A DNA stretch of 55,515 bases from Myxococcota bacterium (GTDB taxonomy: Bacteria; Myxococcota_A; UBA9160; PR03), in the NCBI GenBank assembly GCA_028284525.1, contig JANQRO010000445.1:1-55515 (forward strand), read 5' to 3'. How positions within the stretch are numbered: the first letter of the stretch is position 1; every line of letters begins with the position of its first letter. This document shows positions 43,387 through 52,315 of the stretch, piece after piece. A program made the position numbers and the translations under genes. The notes under the pieces are model-generated. The model made no database searches, was not told the DNA's origin, and saw only the letters and a list, made by a program, of their open reading frames with translations.

Positions 43387-44571
43387 ATGCTCAGCCCCGA
43401 CCAGATCGACGAGTACGAACGCGACGGCTTCCTCGTGTTGCGCGCCCAGTTCGAGAGCGCGGAGATCGAGCGTTTCGAGCGCGCCTACCTGCGCCAACCC
43501 ATGGACAGCTCGATCCCGGCGGGCCTCCGCTACCCCGAACCGGGCCGCTACACCCTCGCCAAGAGCTGTCTGGCCGATCCGGACCTCGCGGCGATCGCCG
43601 AGCACCCCCGCGTCCTCGATCCCGTGACGACGCTCCTCGACGACGACCCCGTGCTGACCGCCTTCGTCGTCTACGACCGCACCCCCGGTGGCGGGGGTCT
43701 CCCCCGCCACAACGACTACAAACGCTGGCGCCCGGTCGGCTCCTCGATGCACTGGCTCTTCGCGATCGTTCCCTTCACCGACTACGACGACGAGACGGGG
43801 CCGCTCTTCGTGGGTCGAGGCTCCCACCGTCTCGAGCGGGTCCAGGACCGCGGCGGGCGCGCCCTCCACGTCGACCCCGCGGTGCTCCCCGAGGACGATT
43901 CCTTCGTCGACCCGCGTCTCGAACGCGGTGACCTCCTGTTGATGAACATGCACACCTGGCACAAGGCGGGTGCCAACCGGTCGGGTCGTCCCCGCGCCGG
44001 CTTCTTCAACAAGTACGCGGCGCGCCGCTACCCGCCCGCCACCGGCTACTACCTGTTCGACGACGCCGCCTACGGCGCGCTCTCCGAAGCGGGGCGCCGG
44101 GTGGTGGCCGTGCACAGCGACAAAGCGATCGCCACCACCCGGATGCTGCTCCAACGCCAGGGTGGGGACGGCCCCGAGTTTCTGGTCACCCGCGACGAAG
44201 ACGGCGCGCGCACACTCCCGGGTGGCCCCACGTTTCACGAGCGCGCGATCCCGGACTGGGACCTCGGCAACTACATCGCGGCCCTCCACACGGCGATGCG
44301 GGAGCAGGTGAAGGTGGAGACCCCGTGGGCCACCTACGTGGGCGACTACGACGAAGGCGACGCCCTCACCCGGCTCTACGCCTACGAGATGGGCGACCTG
44401 GGCTTCCCCGTCCCCTATGCGGGCGAATGGCTCGGGATCGACGATCTGCGGGACGCCCCCCTCGCCATCGACTACGCGGCCCGGGCCGCCGATACCTGGC
44501 TCGACCCGACGATCGTCCGGGGCAAGGGGCTCACCCAGGCCCAATCGCGCATCGATCAGTACGCGTACTGA
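43387..44571 (+). CDS. Phytanoyl-CoA dioxygenase (PhyH) family Fe(II)/2-oxoglutarate oxygenase with an unassigned ~150-aa C-terminal extension
   Basis: 394 aa. ..QIDEYERDGFLVL.., ..LPRHNDY.. and ..MNMHTWHKAGANRS.. (HxD...H...R). The C-terminal part has a ..LPGGP.. Nudix-like start but no intact Nudix box. Confidence 0.8.
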   Translation: MLSPDQIDEYERDGFLVLRAQFESAEIERFERAYLRQPMDSSIPAGLRYPEPGRYTLAKSCLADPDLAAIAEHPRVLDPVTTLLDDDPVLTAFVVYDRTPGGGGLPRHNDYKRWRPVGSSMHWLFAIVPFTDYDDETGPLFVGRGSHRLERVQDRGGRALHVDPAVLPEDDSFVDPRLERGDLLLMNMHTWHKAGANRSGRPRAGFFNKYAARRYPPATGYYLFDDAAYGALSEAGRRVVAVHSDKAIATTRMLLQRQGGDGPEFLVTRDEDGARTLPGGPTFHERAIPDWDLGNYIAALHTAMREQVKVETPWATYVGDYDEGDALTRLYAYEMGDLGFPVPYAGEWLGIDDLRDAPLAIDYAARAADTWLDPTIVRGKGLTQAQSRIDQYAY

Positions 44572-44643
44572 GATTCCGCCGCCGCTGGCCTCGACTGCCG
44601 GGAGATCGACGCTCGCGAGACGAGGCGCCCAGCGACACGGTCG

Positions 44644-45774
44644 CTAGATCCGGAAGAACTCCGCGGCGTTGGTGCCCAACACGCGGTCGACGGAGTGCGC
44701 CGAGAGGGCCGAGAGGGTCTCGCGGGTCCGCTGCACCGGTTCGGTGAAGCCCTCCATGTGCGGGTAGTCCGAGCCGGTGAAGAACTTGTGATCGCCGAGG
44801 AGCTCGATCGTGAAGGGCAGCGTGCGCTCCCCGGGATCCGCGGAGATCCAGAGGTTGCGCTCGAAGGTCTCGCTGGCGGGGCGCCCCATCTGACAGGTGT
44901 GACCCATGTAGCTGTAGCGGTAGTCGAGACGGTCGAGCCACTCGACGACCCACCCGCTCCCCGACTCGACGGTGGCGACGTGGAGACCGGGAAAACGCTC
45001 GAAGACCCCGTCGTACACCATCGTCGTGAGCGCCATCCGCGGGTCCTGGATCGTGTTCATGCTGAGATACATGAAGCCCGGGCTGCGGTCGCGGTACCAG
45101 TCGTTGCCGACGTAGTGGGGGTGGACGACGAGGTGGAGCGCGATCGCCACCTCGAGCTGGGCGGCGGCGTCCCAGACCGGGTCGAAGTCGGGATGGCCGA
45201 GGCTTCTCCCGTCCGGGGGCAGCGCCGCGACGAAGGCGCCGCGCACCCCCGCTGCGTCGAGGACCTCGAGCTCGCGCACGGCGGCGGCGGGGTCGCGCAG
45301 CGAGATGTGGCCGAGGGGTAGAAGCCGGTCGCGGTAGCCCTCGGTGTGCTCGAGGGCCCAGCGGTTGTAGGCCCGGCAATGGGCCGCCGCGAGGGCCGGG
45401 TCTTCGACCCGTCCCTCCCAGACGAGCCCGAGGGTCGGGAAGATCACCTGCTGATCGAAGCCCTCTTCGTCGAGAAAGGCGATCCGCGCGTCCATGTCGT
45501 CGAGCGAGCCGTCCACCAACGACTGGGTGTCGACCTCGCCCAGGCCGCGCCCGTCGCGTTCCTTCTGCCCGTAGGCGGTGCCCACGCCGAAGAGCTGGAG
45601 GGTCGAATGGGACTGGGAGCGCCGCGTCAGCCGGCCCTCGATCTCGATGTCGATCTCCCCGTCCGGCGCCACCGGGAAACGGATGCAGCGATCGCGGAAC
45701 GCGGGCTCGATGTAGCGATCCCAGACGTCAAAGGGCTCGGCGAAGTGGCTGTCGCCGTCGATGATGCGGGTCAT
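44644..45774 (-). CDS. Amidohydrolase-2 family metal-dependent hydrolase
   Basis: 376 aa. ..IIDGDSHF.., ..IALHLVVHP.. and ..FFTGSDYPH... Confidence 0.85.
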   Translation of the reverse strand: MTRIIDGDSHFAEPFDVWDRYIEPAFRDRCIRFPVAPDGEIDIEIEGRLTRRSQSHSTLQLFGVGTAYGQKERDGRGLGEVDTQSLVDGSLDDMDARIAFLDEEGFDQQVIFPTLGLVWEGRVEDPALAAAHCRAYNRWALEHTEGYRDRLLPLGHISLRDPAAAVRELEVLDAAGVRGAFVAALPPDGRSLGHPDFDPVWDAAAQLEVAIALHLVVHPHYVGNDWYRDRSPGFMYLSMNTIQDPRMALTTMVYDGVFERFPGLHVATVESGSGWVVEWLDRLDYRYSYMGHTCQMGRPASETFERNLWISADPGERTLPFTIELLGDHKFFTGSDYPHMEGFTEPVQRTRETLSALSAHSVDRVLGTNAAEFFRI

Positions 45775-45861
45775 GGGCGCCCTCCCCGCCCCATCTTACA
45801 CCCCTGCATTCTGCGGCGCGGGGACCCTACACTCCCCTGGAACCCGGAGAGGAGACCTGTC

Positions 45862-46992
45862 ATGGCCGAGATCCACGGACGCTGCGACGCCCGTTTCGAC
45901 GAACTCAAGACCCTGCTCGGCGAGAGCCTCGATCGCGGGGACGACGTCGGCGCCTCGGTGGCCGTCGTCCACCAGGGAGAGCTCGTGGTGGACCTCTGGG
46001 GGGGCCATCGCGATGCGGCGCGGAGCGAGCCCTGGGAGGAGGACACGATCACCAATGTGTGGTCCTCCACCAAGACGATGCAGTCGCTCTGCGCGCTCGT
46101 GCTGGCCGATCGCGGCGAGCTCGACGTGCACGCCCCCGTCGCCCGCTACTGGCCCGAGTTCGCGGCGGCGGGGAAGGAAGGCGTGCTGGTGAAGCATCTC
46201 CTCGCGCACACCGCGGGGCTCCCGGCGTGGCGCGAGCCGATGCAGGAGGCGGATCTCTACGACTGGGAGAAGGCGACCGAGCTCCTCGCCGCTCAAGCCC
46301 CCTGGTGGGAGCCGGGGAGCGCCCACGGCTACCACGCCCTCACCCAGGGCTACCTCGTGGGCGAGGTGGTCCGCCGGGTCGCGGGGCAGAGCCTCGGCGC
46401 CTTCTTCGCGAGCGAGATCGCCGGGCCGCTGAGCGCCGATTTCCACATCGGCCTCCCGGCGGACCACGACCCCCGGGTGAGCCTCGTGATTCCGCCCGAG
46501 GAGGCCCTCGAGGTGCCGGAGGACACCGAGAGCGCGCCCTACAAGACCTTCGCCAACCCGCCCCTCGACGCCACCCTGGCCCATCGGTCGGCCTGGCGAC
46601 GGGCGGAGATCCCGGCGGCGAACGGCCACGGCAACGCGCGCTCGGTGGCGACGGTGCAGGCGGTGGTGTCGAACGGGGGGGAGATGCACGGCAAACGGCT
46701 GCTCTCCCAGCCCACCATCGACCTCATCTTCGACGAGCAGTCCCGGGGCGACGACCTGATCCTCGGTATTCCGCTGCGCTTCGGCATCGGCTACGGCCTC
46801 CCCAACGAGACCGTACCCTTCATCCCCGACCGCAAGATCTGCTTCTGGGGCGGTTGGGGGGGCTCGTTGGCGATCGAAGATCCCGAGGAACAGCTCACCT
46901 TCTCGTACGTGATGAATCGGATGGTGGGGCTGTTGGGCGACCCGCGCGGCGCCGCCCTGGTCGAGGCGACCTATCGCGCCCTGGCCCGCTGA
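45862..46992 (+). CDS. Serine hydrolase, beta-lactamase/esterase (class C-like) family
   Basis: Start at ATG 45862, after GGAGAGGAG. SxxK motif ..VWSSTKTM.. and ..GYHALTQGYL... Confidence 0.85.
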   Translation: MAEIHGRCDARFDELKTLLGESLDRGDDVGASVAVVHQGELVVDLWGGHRDAARSEPWEEDTITNVWSSTKTMQSLCALVLADRGELDVHAPVARYWPEFAAAGKEGVLVKHLLAHTAGLPAWREPMQEADLYDWEKATELLAAQAPWWEPGSAHGYHALTQGYLVGEVVRRVAGQSLGAFFASEIAGPLSADFHIGLPADHDPRVSLVIPPEEALEVPEDTESAPYKTFANPPLDATLAHRSAWRRAEIPAANGHGNARSVATVQAVVSNGGEMHGKRLLSQPTIDLIFDEQSRGDDLILGIPLRFGIGYGLPNETVPFIPDRKICFWGGWGGSLAIEDPEEQLTFSYVMNRMVGLLGDPRGAALVEATYRALAR

Positions 46993-47126
46993 GGCCCGGG
47001 CGCCGGGGTCCAGCGAGAACAGGGCGTAGTCGCGGAGCTCGCTCCTCGGGGGCATCGCCGGCGAGCGCGCGTCACCGAGGGACGGAAAGAACACGCTCAC
47101 CGCGCAACGCGTCCGCAACTCGACGC

Positions 47127-48353
47127 TCAGGACGACAAGAAGGGGGCGGGGTCGCTGGCCGCGGTCACCGACATCAGCACCTCGGGGCGTTGGTAGTACT
47201 CCGCCTTCGCCCGATGCGCGGCGTCGCGGGGCGGCGGCCCGATATAGCTGCCGAGGTCGCGTCCCCAGTCGAGGACGGCGCGGCCGTAGCCGAGGCGCTG
47301 CGTCTCCCACGCCTCGACCGCCGCCTCCGGATTCTCTGCACAGAGGGCCTCCGCAAGGGTGGCGGCGTCGTCGGCGGCCTTCGACACGCCCATTCCGACG
47401 TGGGGCCGTGCCGTGAACGCGGCGTCTCCGATCACCGCAACGCGGCCGAAGACGAGCCGTTCGCTGCCGAGCTCGTAGATGGGTTGCAGGAAGGGCGCTG
47501 GGGTGGCCCCGATGACCGTCTGCATCTGTGGCGAGAGCAGCCGAGCCGCTTCGGCGCGCATCGCGTCGCGGAGCTCGCTGCGGATCCGGTCGTGCGGAAT
47601 CCCGGCCGGGTGGTGCCGGCCCGAGGCGTCGGTGAGCAACTCCCGGAGTACCGACTCGTCGCCGCTCCGATACCAGGCCCAGTTGTAGCGGCGCTGCCCG
47701 ACGACCAGCTCGTCCCGCGGCCCCGCCACGAGATAGCCCAGCCAATGCCCTCCCGGCGCCATCCCGAAGACGAGCCGCCCCGCGAGCTCGTCGAGCACCG
47801 CGGGTGGCACGCGCGTCTCGTCGATCAGACCGCGCCAGATGTAGTAGCCGCAGTACATCGGGCCGACCTCGGGGGCCACCAGGCCGCGCAGCGTCGACTG
47901 GACGCCGTCGGCGGCCACCACCCAATCGGCCTCCACCCGCTCTCCGTTGTCGAACACCGCCGTCGCGCTAGCGCGACCCGCCTCGATCCCCCCGAGCGAG
48001 ACTCCGGGGTGGTAGCAGTCCGCCGGCAGCTGCTCGCGCAAGAACCGGTAGATCAAGCCCCAGGACGTCATGATCTGAGGCATGTCGTAGGTGCCGATCA
48101 CGTCGCCTTGCGCATCGAGCATCATCCGACCCACCGAGCGGATCCCCATGTCGGGCCGCAGCGTCACCCCGGCGCGTCGGAGCGCGTCGTAGAGCAGATC
48201 GTGGGTCACGATCCCGGCGCCCCGGTCGGCGAGATCCGGAGCGCGCTCGTAGACGTCGACCCGGAACCCGCGGCGCCGCAAGAACACCGCGGCAAAGAGC
48301 CCCGCCATCGACCCCCCGACGATGGCCACCCGTTGCCGCTGTTCTACACCCAT
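47127..48353 (-). CDS. FAD-dependent aromatic-type monooxygenase
   Basis: Start at ATG 48353. VAIVGGSMAGLFAAVFL dinucleotide motif and ..VAVIGDAAFTARPHVGMG.. (GD motif). Confidence 0.85.
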   Translation of the reverse strand: MGVEQRQRVAIVGGSMAGLFAAVFLRRRGFRVDVYERAPDLADRGAGIVTHDLLYDALRRAGVTLRPDMGIRSVGRMMLDAQGDVIGTYDMPQIMTSWGLIYRFLREQLPADCYHPGVSLGGIEAGRASATAVFDNGERVEADWVVAADGVQSTLRGLVAPEVGPMYCGYYIWRGLIDETRVPPAVLDELAGRLVFGMAPGGHWLGYLVAGPRDELVVGQRRYNWAWYRSGDESVLRELLTDASGRHHPAGIPHDRIRSELRDAMRAEAARLLSPQMQTVIGATPAPFLQPIYELGSERLVFGRVAVIGDAAFTARPHVGMGVSKAADDAATLAEALCAENPEAAVEAWETQRLGYGRAVLDWGRDLGSYIGPPPRDAAHRAKAEYYQRPEVLMSVTAASDPAPFLSS

Positions 48354-48462
48354 TCTTCCGCTACTCCTGTACGCCGCGCGAAGAGTATCCCCGACACCCC
48401 GATTTGCGCACGGGGTACTCACCTCAGGTACGTACGCGCCTGGACCCCGCCCCGGAGTCCGT

Positions 48463-49374
48463 GTGGAGTCGCCGTTGAAGGTCTCGGTCATCGTCCCCGT
48501 CTACAACACCGCCCGCTACCTCGCGGCGTGTATCGAGGGGCTGCTGGACCAGGATTTCGACCCCTCCGCGTACGAGATCCTCGCGGTCGACAACAACTCC
48601 ACCGACGAGTCGGCGTCGATCATCGAGCGCTACCCCCGCGTGCGGCTCCTCCACGAGCCGAAGCAGGGATCCTACGCAGCGCGCAACCGGGGTGTGCGCG
48701 AAGCGAAGGGCGAAATCATCGCGTTCACCGATTCGGATTGCGTGCCGGAACGCGACTGGCTTCGCGAGGGGCTCGCTGGCCTCGACGCTTCAGGGGTCGA
48801 GATCGTGGTCGGACACACCTACTTCGACCCGCGCTCGTGGTGGATGCACCAACTCGGCCGCTTCGAGCGGGCGAAGGGGCGATACGCGTTGTCGTCGGAC
48901 GACCCGGGCGTCTACTACGGACACACGAACAACCTGATCACCCGACGGGACACGTTGGAGATCGCCGGCGGATTCGCCGAATGGATGCGTGGCAGCGACG
49001 TGATCCTGGTCCAGCAAACCGTACGACGCGCGACCTGCGACTCCGTCGTGTACCGCCCTTCGATGCGGGTGCGCCATCTGGAGGTTGCAGACCTTCTCGC
49101 CTACTACCGCAAGCTCTTCACCTACGGCCGCAGTCAGCGCCGCTACCGCAAGGTCGTGCCGGCCCGACCGCTCAACGCGCTCGAGCGTCTTCGCGTCTTC
49201 CGCGACATCTCGGGAGAGCTGTCGTGGCGTGGAGAGATCGCCCTCTTCGCGGTCCTCTGTGCGGGCCTCGTGCCCTGGTCGGCCGGCGTGTTGGCCGCGA
49301 TGGCTACGTCGTCAAGCGGGCAGCCCGCGTCTCGGGCCCATCCTACCAGCTGTTGCGGAGCTCCCGAAGCCTGA
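48463..49374 (+). CDS. Family 2 glycosyltransferase
   Basis: GTG 48463 (alternative TTG 48475). ..VSVIVPVYN.., ..ILAVDNNSTDES.. and ..FTDSDC.. (DxD). Confidence 0.8.
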   Translation: MESPLKVSVIVPVYNTARYLAACIEGLLDQDFDPSAYEILAVDNNSTDESASIIERYPRVRLLHEPKQGSYAARNRGVREAKGEIIAFTDSDCVPERDWLREGLAGLDASGVEIVVGHTYFDPRSWWMHQLGRFERAKGRYALSSDDPGVYYGHTNNLITRRDTLEIAGGFAEWMRGSDVILVQQTVRRATCDSVVYRPSMRVRHLEVADLLAYYRKLFTYGRSQRRYRKVVPARPLNALERLRVFRDISGELSWRGEIALFAVLCAGLVPWSAGVLAAMATSSSGQPASRAHPTSCCGAPEA

Positions 49375-50137
49375 GAAAGACCTCCTTTGGCGAGGGCGAG
49401 TCACCGACCTCGGGGAACGACTCGCGGATCCGCGCGATCACGGTCGGGCTGCTGAGCCGGAAGAAGGTGTTGATCTCCTTCTCGACCGCCAGGGTCGTGA
49501 CCATCGCGCGCGCGGGATCGTGGGTGGCTTCGAGCCGGTCGAGCAGCGCTTTGGCGGCGGCGTTGTCGGGCTCGCGGTCGAGGGTGAACCCGAGGTTGTT
49601 GGTGATGTAGTCGTGCCCGGCGTAGATCTGGGTGGTGTCCGGGAGCTCGGCGAGCTGGTTGACGAAGGTGGCGTAGAGCTCTTCCGGGTGGCCCCCCCCG
49701 TGGCAATTGCCGGCCCCGGCATTGAAGAGCGTATCCCCACAGAACAGCGCCGGTGTCTCGGTCTTGGAGAGCAGGCAGATGTGGCTCATCGTGTGCCCGG
49801 GGGTGTCGAGGGAGAGGAGCTCCACGGTCTTGCCGACCTGCACCACGTCCCCCGCGCTGAGACCCCGGTCCATGCCCTCGATCCGCGGCCCCGCGTTCGC
49901 GTGGGCGAGCAGCTTCGCCCCGGTCGCCTGGACCACGGCGGCGTTCCCACCGGTGTGGTCGAAGTGCTCGTGGGTATTGAGAATCTGGGTGATCTCCCAG
50001 CCCTTCTCGCCCGCTTTTGCAAGACATTTCTTGTGATCGAGCGGATCGATGGCCAAGGCCTCGCCGGACTCTGGGCAGACGATCAGGTAGTTGAAGTTGC
50101 GGTAGTCGTTCCCGGTCCAGATCTGCTCGACGATCAT
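49343..50137 (-). CDS. gloB: Hydroxyacylglutathione hydrolase (glyoxalase II), metallo-beta-lactamase fold
   Basis: 264 aa. ..NTHEHFDHTGGN.., ..TPGHTMSHI.., ..CGDTLF.. and ..EINTFFR... Confidence 0.8.
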   Translation of the reverse strand: MIVEQIWTGNDYRNFNYLIVCPESGEALAIDPLDHKKCLAKAGEKGWEITQILNTHEHFDHTGGNAAVVQATGAKLLAHANAGPRIEGMDRGLSAGDVVQVGKTVELLSLDTPGHTMSHICLLSKTETPALFCGDTLFNAGAGNCHGGGHPEELYATFVNQLAELPDTTQIYAGHDYITNNLGFTLDREPDNAAAKALLDRLEATHDPARAMVTTLAVEKEINTFFRLSSPTVIARIRESFPEVGDSPSPKEVFLRLRELRNSW

Positions 50138-50244
50138 GCCTGCTCCTCGTCCGAGGCGTGGGGCGTCGATCGGGCGGGCGCCCGCCCAAATCGACGTGCG
50201 GCGCCTAGGGTACTGTTGCGCCTGCCGGATTCCTACGGGGAGGA

Positions 50245-50724
50245 GTGCAGATGACGATGCGAGCGGCCCTGGCGGCGCTTGGCGTGTTGATGGCCGCGCC
50301 GGCGAGCTCCGGCGACGACGCGGATGCCCGCGCCGCGATCGACGCCTTCTTCGAGCGCTACTACGGCGCGTTCTCCGGTGACGACTGCGAGCGTATCGCC
50401 CGCGAGATGGTGCGGGCGCCCGCGGTGATGGCGACTCCCGACGGGGTGCTGACCCTGTCCGATGAAGCCTCGGTCCTCGCCACCTACCAGAAGATCCGGG
50501 GCGACCTCGCGGCGGATGGCTACTCCCACAGCGAGCTGCTCGAGAGTCACATCTCGGTGCTGGGCCCGACGACCGCCCTGGTGGCGACGCGTTTCCGCCG
50601 GGTGCGGGGAGACGGCAGTGTCATCGTCGAGGCCGGGGCCACCTACACCCTCGTCTACGAGGGCCAGTGGCGCATCGCCTCAGCGATGGTCCACCCGGGC
50701 GATCGACTGGTGTCGCTGCGCTGA
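50245..50724 (+). CDS. Secreted SnoaL/DUF4440-like (NTF2 fold) protein
   Basis: 159 aa. Signal peptide ..AALAALGVLMAAPASSG... ..IDAFFERYYGAF.. and ..WRIASAMVH.. are typical of the NTF2-like fold. Confidence 0.7.
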   Translation: MQMTMRAALAALGVLMAAPASSGDDADARAAIDAFFERYYGAFSGDDCERIAREMVRAPAVMATPDGVLTLSDEASVLATYQKIRGDLAADGYSHSELLESHISVLGPTTALVATRFRRVRGDGSVIVEAGATYTLVYEGQWRIASAMVHPGDRLVSLR

Positions 50725-50731
50725 ACCGGCG

Positions 50732-51856
50732 CTAGGGCGCCCCGGCGGGAGCGAATACCTCGATCTCCTCGTCGAAGCCCCGTGTCGCGTGACGCCCGAG
50801 CGAGCGCTGGGGACGCGACCCCGACGCCGCAACCGCCGACGACCAGACGAGGGGCTCGCCCAGGGTACGCCCGAGGTTCAAGAGCCGGTCGAGCAGGTTC
50901 ACGTCCGGTCCGATCGCGGTGAAGTCGAGGCGCCGCGGCGATCCGACATTGCCGTACGCGATCTCGCCTTCGTGCACCGCGACCCGCAGCGGATCGACGC
51001 TGGTCTCGAGACAGCCGTGGGCGGCTGCCAAGGCCCGCTCCACCGCCGGATCCTTCCCCGCCCGTTCCGGAAAGATCGCGAACACGCCGTCGCCGATGAA
51101 CTTCAGGATCTCGCCTCCCTGGCCCTCGACCTGGGCGTCTACCGCCTCGAAGTAGCGGTTGAGACACGCCACCACCTCCGCGGCGCTGCGGCGCTGGGAC
51201 ATCGCCGTGAAGCCCACGAGGTCTGCGAAGAGGAGCGCGGCGCGGAAGGTCACGAGGTCGCCGCGGCGGACGGTGCCGTTGAGGATCCGCTCGGCGGGAT
51301 CGCGTCCGACGTACTCGCCGAGCATCGCCGCGCTCATGATCCGCAGCCGTTTGAGCTCGATCACCAGCGCCAAGGGCGCCACCAGGGCGCGGAGCAAGGC
51401 GAGGTCCTCTCCGCCGAAGCCCCCGGCCTGTCGTGTCGCCCAGCTCGCCCCCTGGATCGTGCCGTCGGAGAAGCGCAGTGGGGCCATCACGTAGTGGACG
51501 TACCCCTCGTGTCGCAGGCTTTCGAAGACCGGAAAGTCCCGGGCGTCGCGGTCGAGGTGGACGTCGAGCCAGTCGTCCACGTGGCGCACGTACTGGAGCG
51601 GGCTGTCGCGGTAGTCCCGGGCGGTGTCGCTGTGCACGACACGCCACAGCCGCAGCCCTTCGTCGGGGGTCCAGACCCGGGTGATGCCGACGTAGCGCGG
51701 ATCGAGGATCGAGAAATGGGCTGTCGCTCGGTCGACCGGCAACCCCTCGCCGCGCAGACGTTCGGCGAGGTCGCGGACGATTTCGCCTACGTCGGCCAGC
51801 CGGGACGCCTCGTGGACGATCCAGCGGGAGAGCGCCCCGACTCGGTTGCGCGCCAA
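50732..51856 (-). CDS. Class III adenylate/guanylate cyclase with an N-terminal sensor-like domain
   Basis: 374 aa. ..ALLFADLVGFTAM.. and ..GEILKFIGDGVFAIF.. are cyclase catalytic motifs. Confidence 0.85.
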   Translation of the reverse strand: MARNRVGALSRWIVHEASRLADVGEIVRDLAERLRGEGLPVDRATAHFSILDPRYVGITRVWTPDEGLRLWRVVHSDTARDYRDSPLQYVRHVDDWLDVHLDRDARDFPVFESLRHEGYVHYVMAPLRFSDGTIQGASWATRQAGGFGGEDLALLRALVAPLALVIELKRLRIMSAAMLGEYVGRDPAERILNGTVRRGDLVTFRAALLFADLVGFTAMSQRRSAAEVVACLNRYFEAVDAQVEGQGGEILKFIGDGVFAIFPERAGKDPAVERALAAAHGCLETSVDPLRVAVHEGEIAYGNVGSPRRLDFTAIGPDVNLLDRLLNLGRTLGEPLVWSSAVAASGSRPQRSLGRHATRGFDEEIEVFAPAGAP

Positions 51857-51869
51857 GCCGACGCGCCCG

Positions 51870-52247
51870 CTAGCCGGGAGCCGGTGCGGCGCCGAGCACC
51901 GCCGACGCGTCGACGTAGATCAGGTACTCGCTGATGCGCTCGTCCCGCAATCGGAAGACGTTGGCGAAGGGGGCGGTGACCGTGGCGCCGTCGACGAGGT
52001 AGTAGCTCACGTCTCCGTGGCAAAACACTGCGTCGTCCTGCGACCAGACGGCGTGGACGACGTGCTCGAGTCGCTCGATCCGGCCCGACATGGCCTCCCA
52101 GCCCGCCGCGAAGGAGTCCCGGCCCGTGCCCGCCGGGTAGCTGGCGAAGCGCCAGGTCACGTCCTCGTGGAGGTACGGAAAGAGCGCCGGGACACTTCCG
52201 CGATCGAGCGCGGCGAACATCTCGCGGATCCAGCTCTCGCGATCCAT
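51870..52247 (-). CDS. NTF2-like (SnoaL-type) small protein
   Basis: Start at ATG 52247. 125 aa, ..DVTWRFASYP.. and ..FRLRDERISEYLIYVD... Confidence 0.7.
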   Translation of the reverse strand: MDRESWIREMFAALDRGSVPALFPYLHEDVTWRFASYPAGTGRDSFAAGWEAMSGRIERLEHVVHAVWSQDDAVFCHGDVSYYLVDGATVTAPFANVFRLRDERISEYLIYVDASAVLGAAPAPG

Positions 52248-52315
52248 CGGCGCCTCCGAGTTTGCTACCCATCCGAGGCCACCCGTTGCTCCGCGCTTCA
52301 CCGGAGGACCCCACC

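Noticed and set aside
12373-46992. Long N-terminal extensions given in the ORF track for real genes (12373, 13824, 15448, 16287, 19395, 21468, 22694, 22830, 24670, 30897, 32556, 45346, 48322, 52262, 52974 and 53249 starts).
   Set aside because: The upstream parts overlap neighbouring genes or are Arg/Pro-rich read-through. Internal ATG/GTG codons with SD-like sequences coincide with where family-typical sequence begins, so the shorter coordinates were used.
25456-49610. Other very long shadow ORFs: 25456-27681 (+), 26036-27739 (-), 34231-36987 (-), 34749-37289 (+, upstream part), 39724-42186 (+), 41841-43931 (+), 45796-47925 (-) and 46059-49610 (+).
   Set aside because: Same reasoning as above. 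Each overlaps genes with strong family motifs in another frame or strand and has Arg/Pro/Gly-dominated translations. Only the last ~95 codons of 34749-37289 are real; they form the N-terminal half of the UGSC-type gene.
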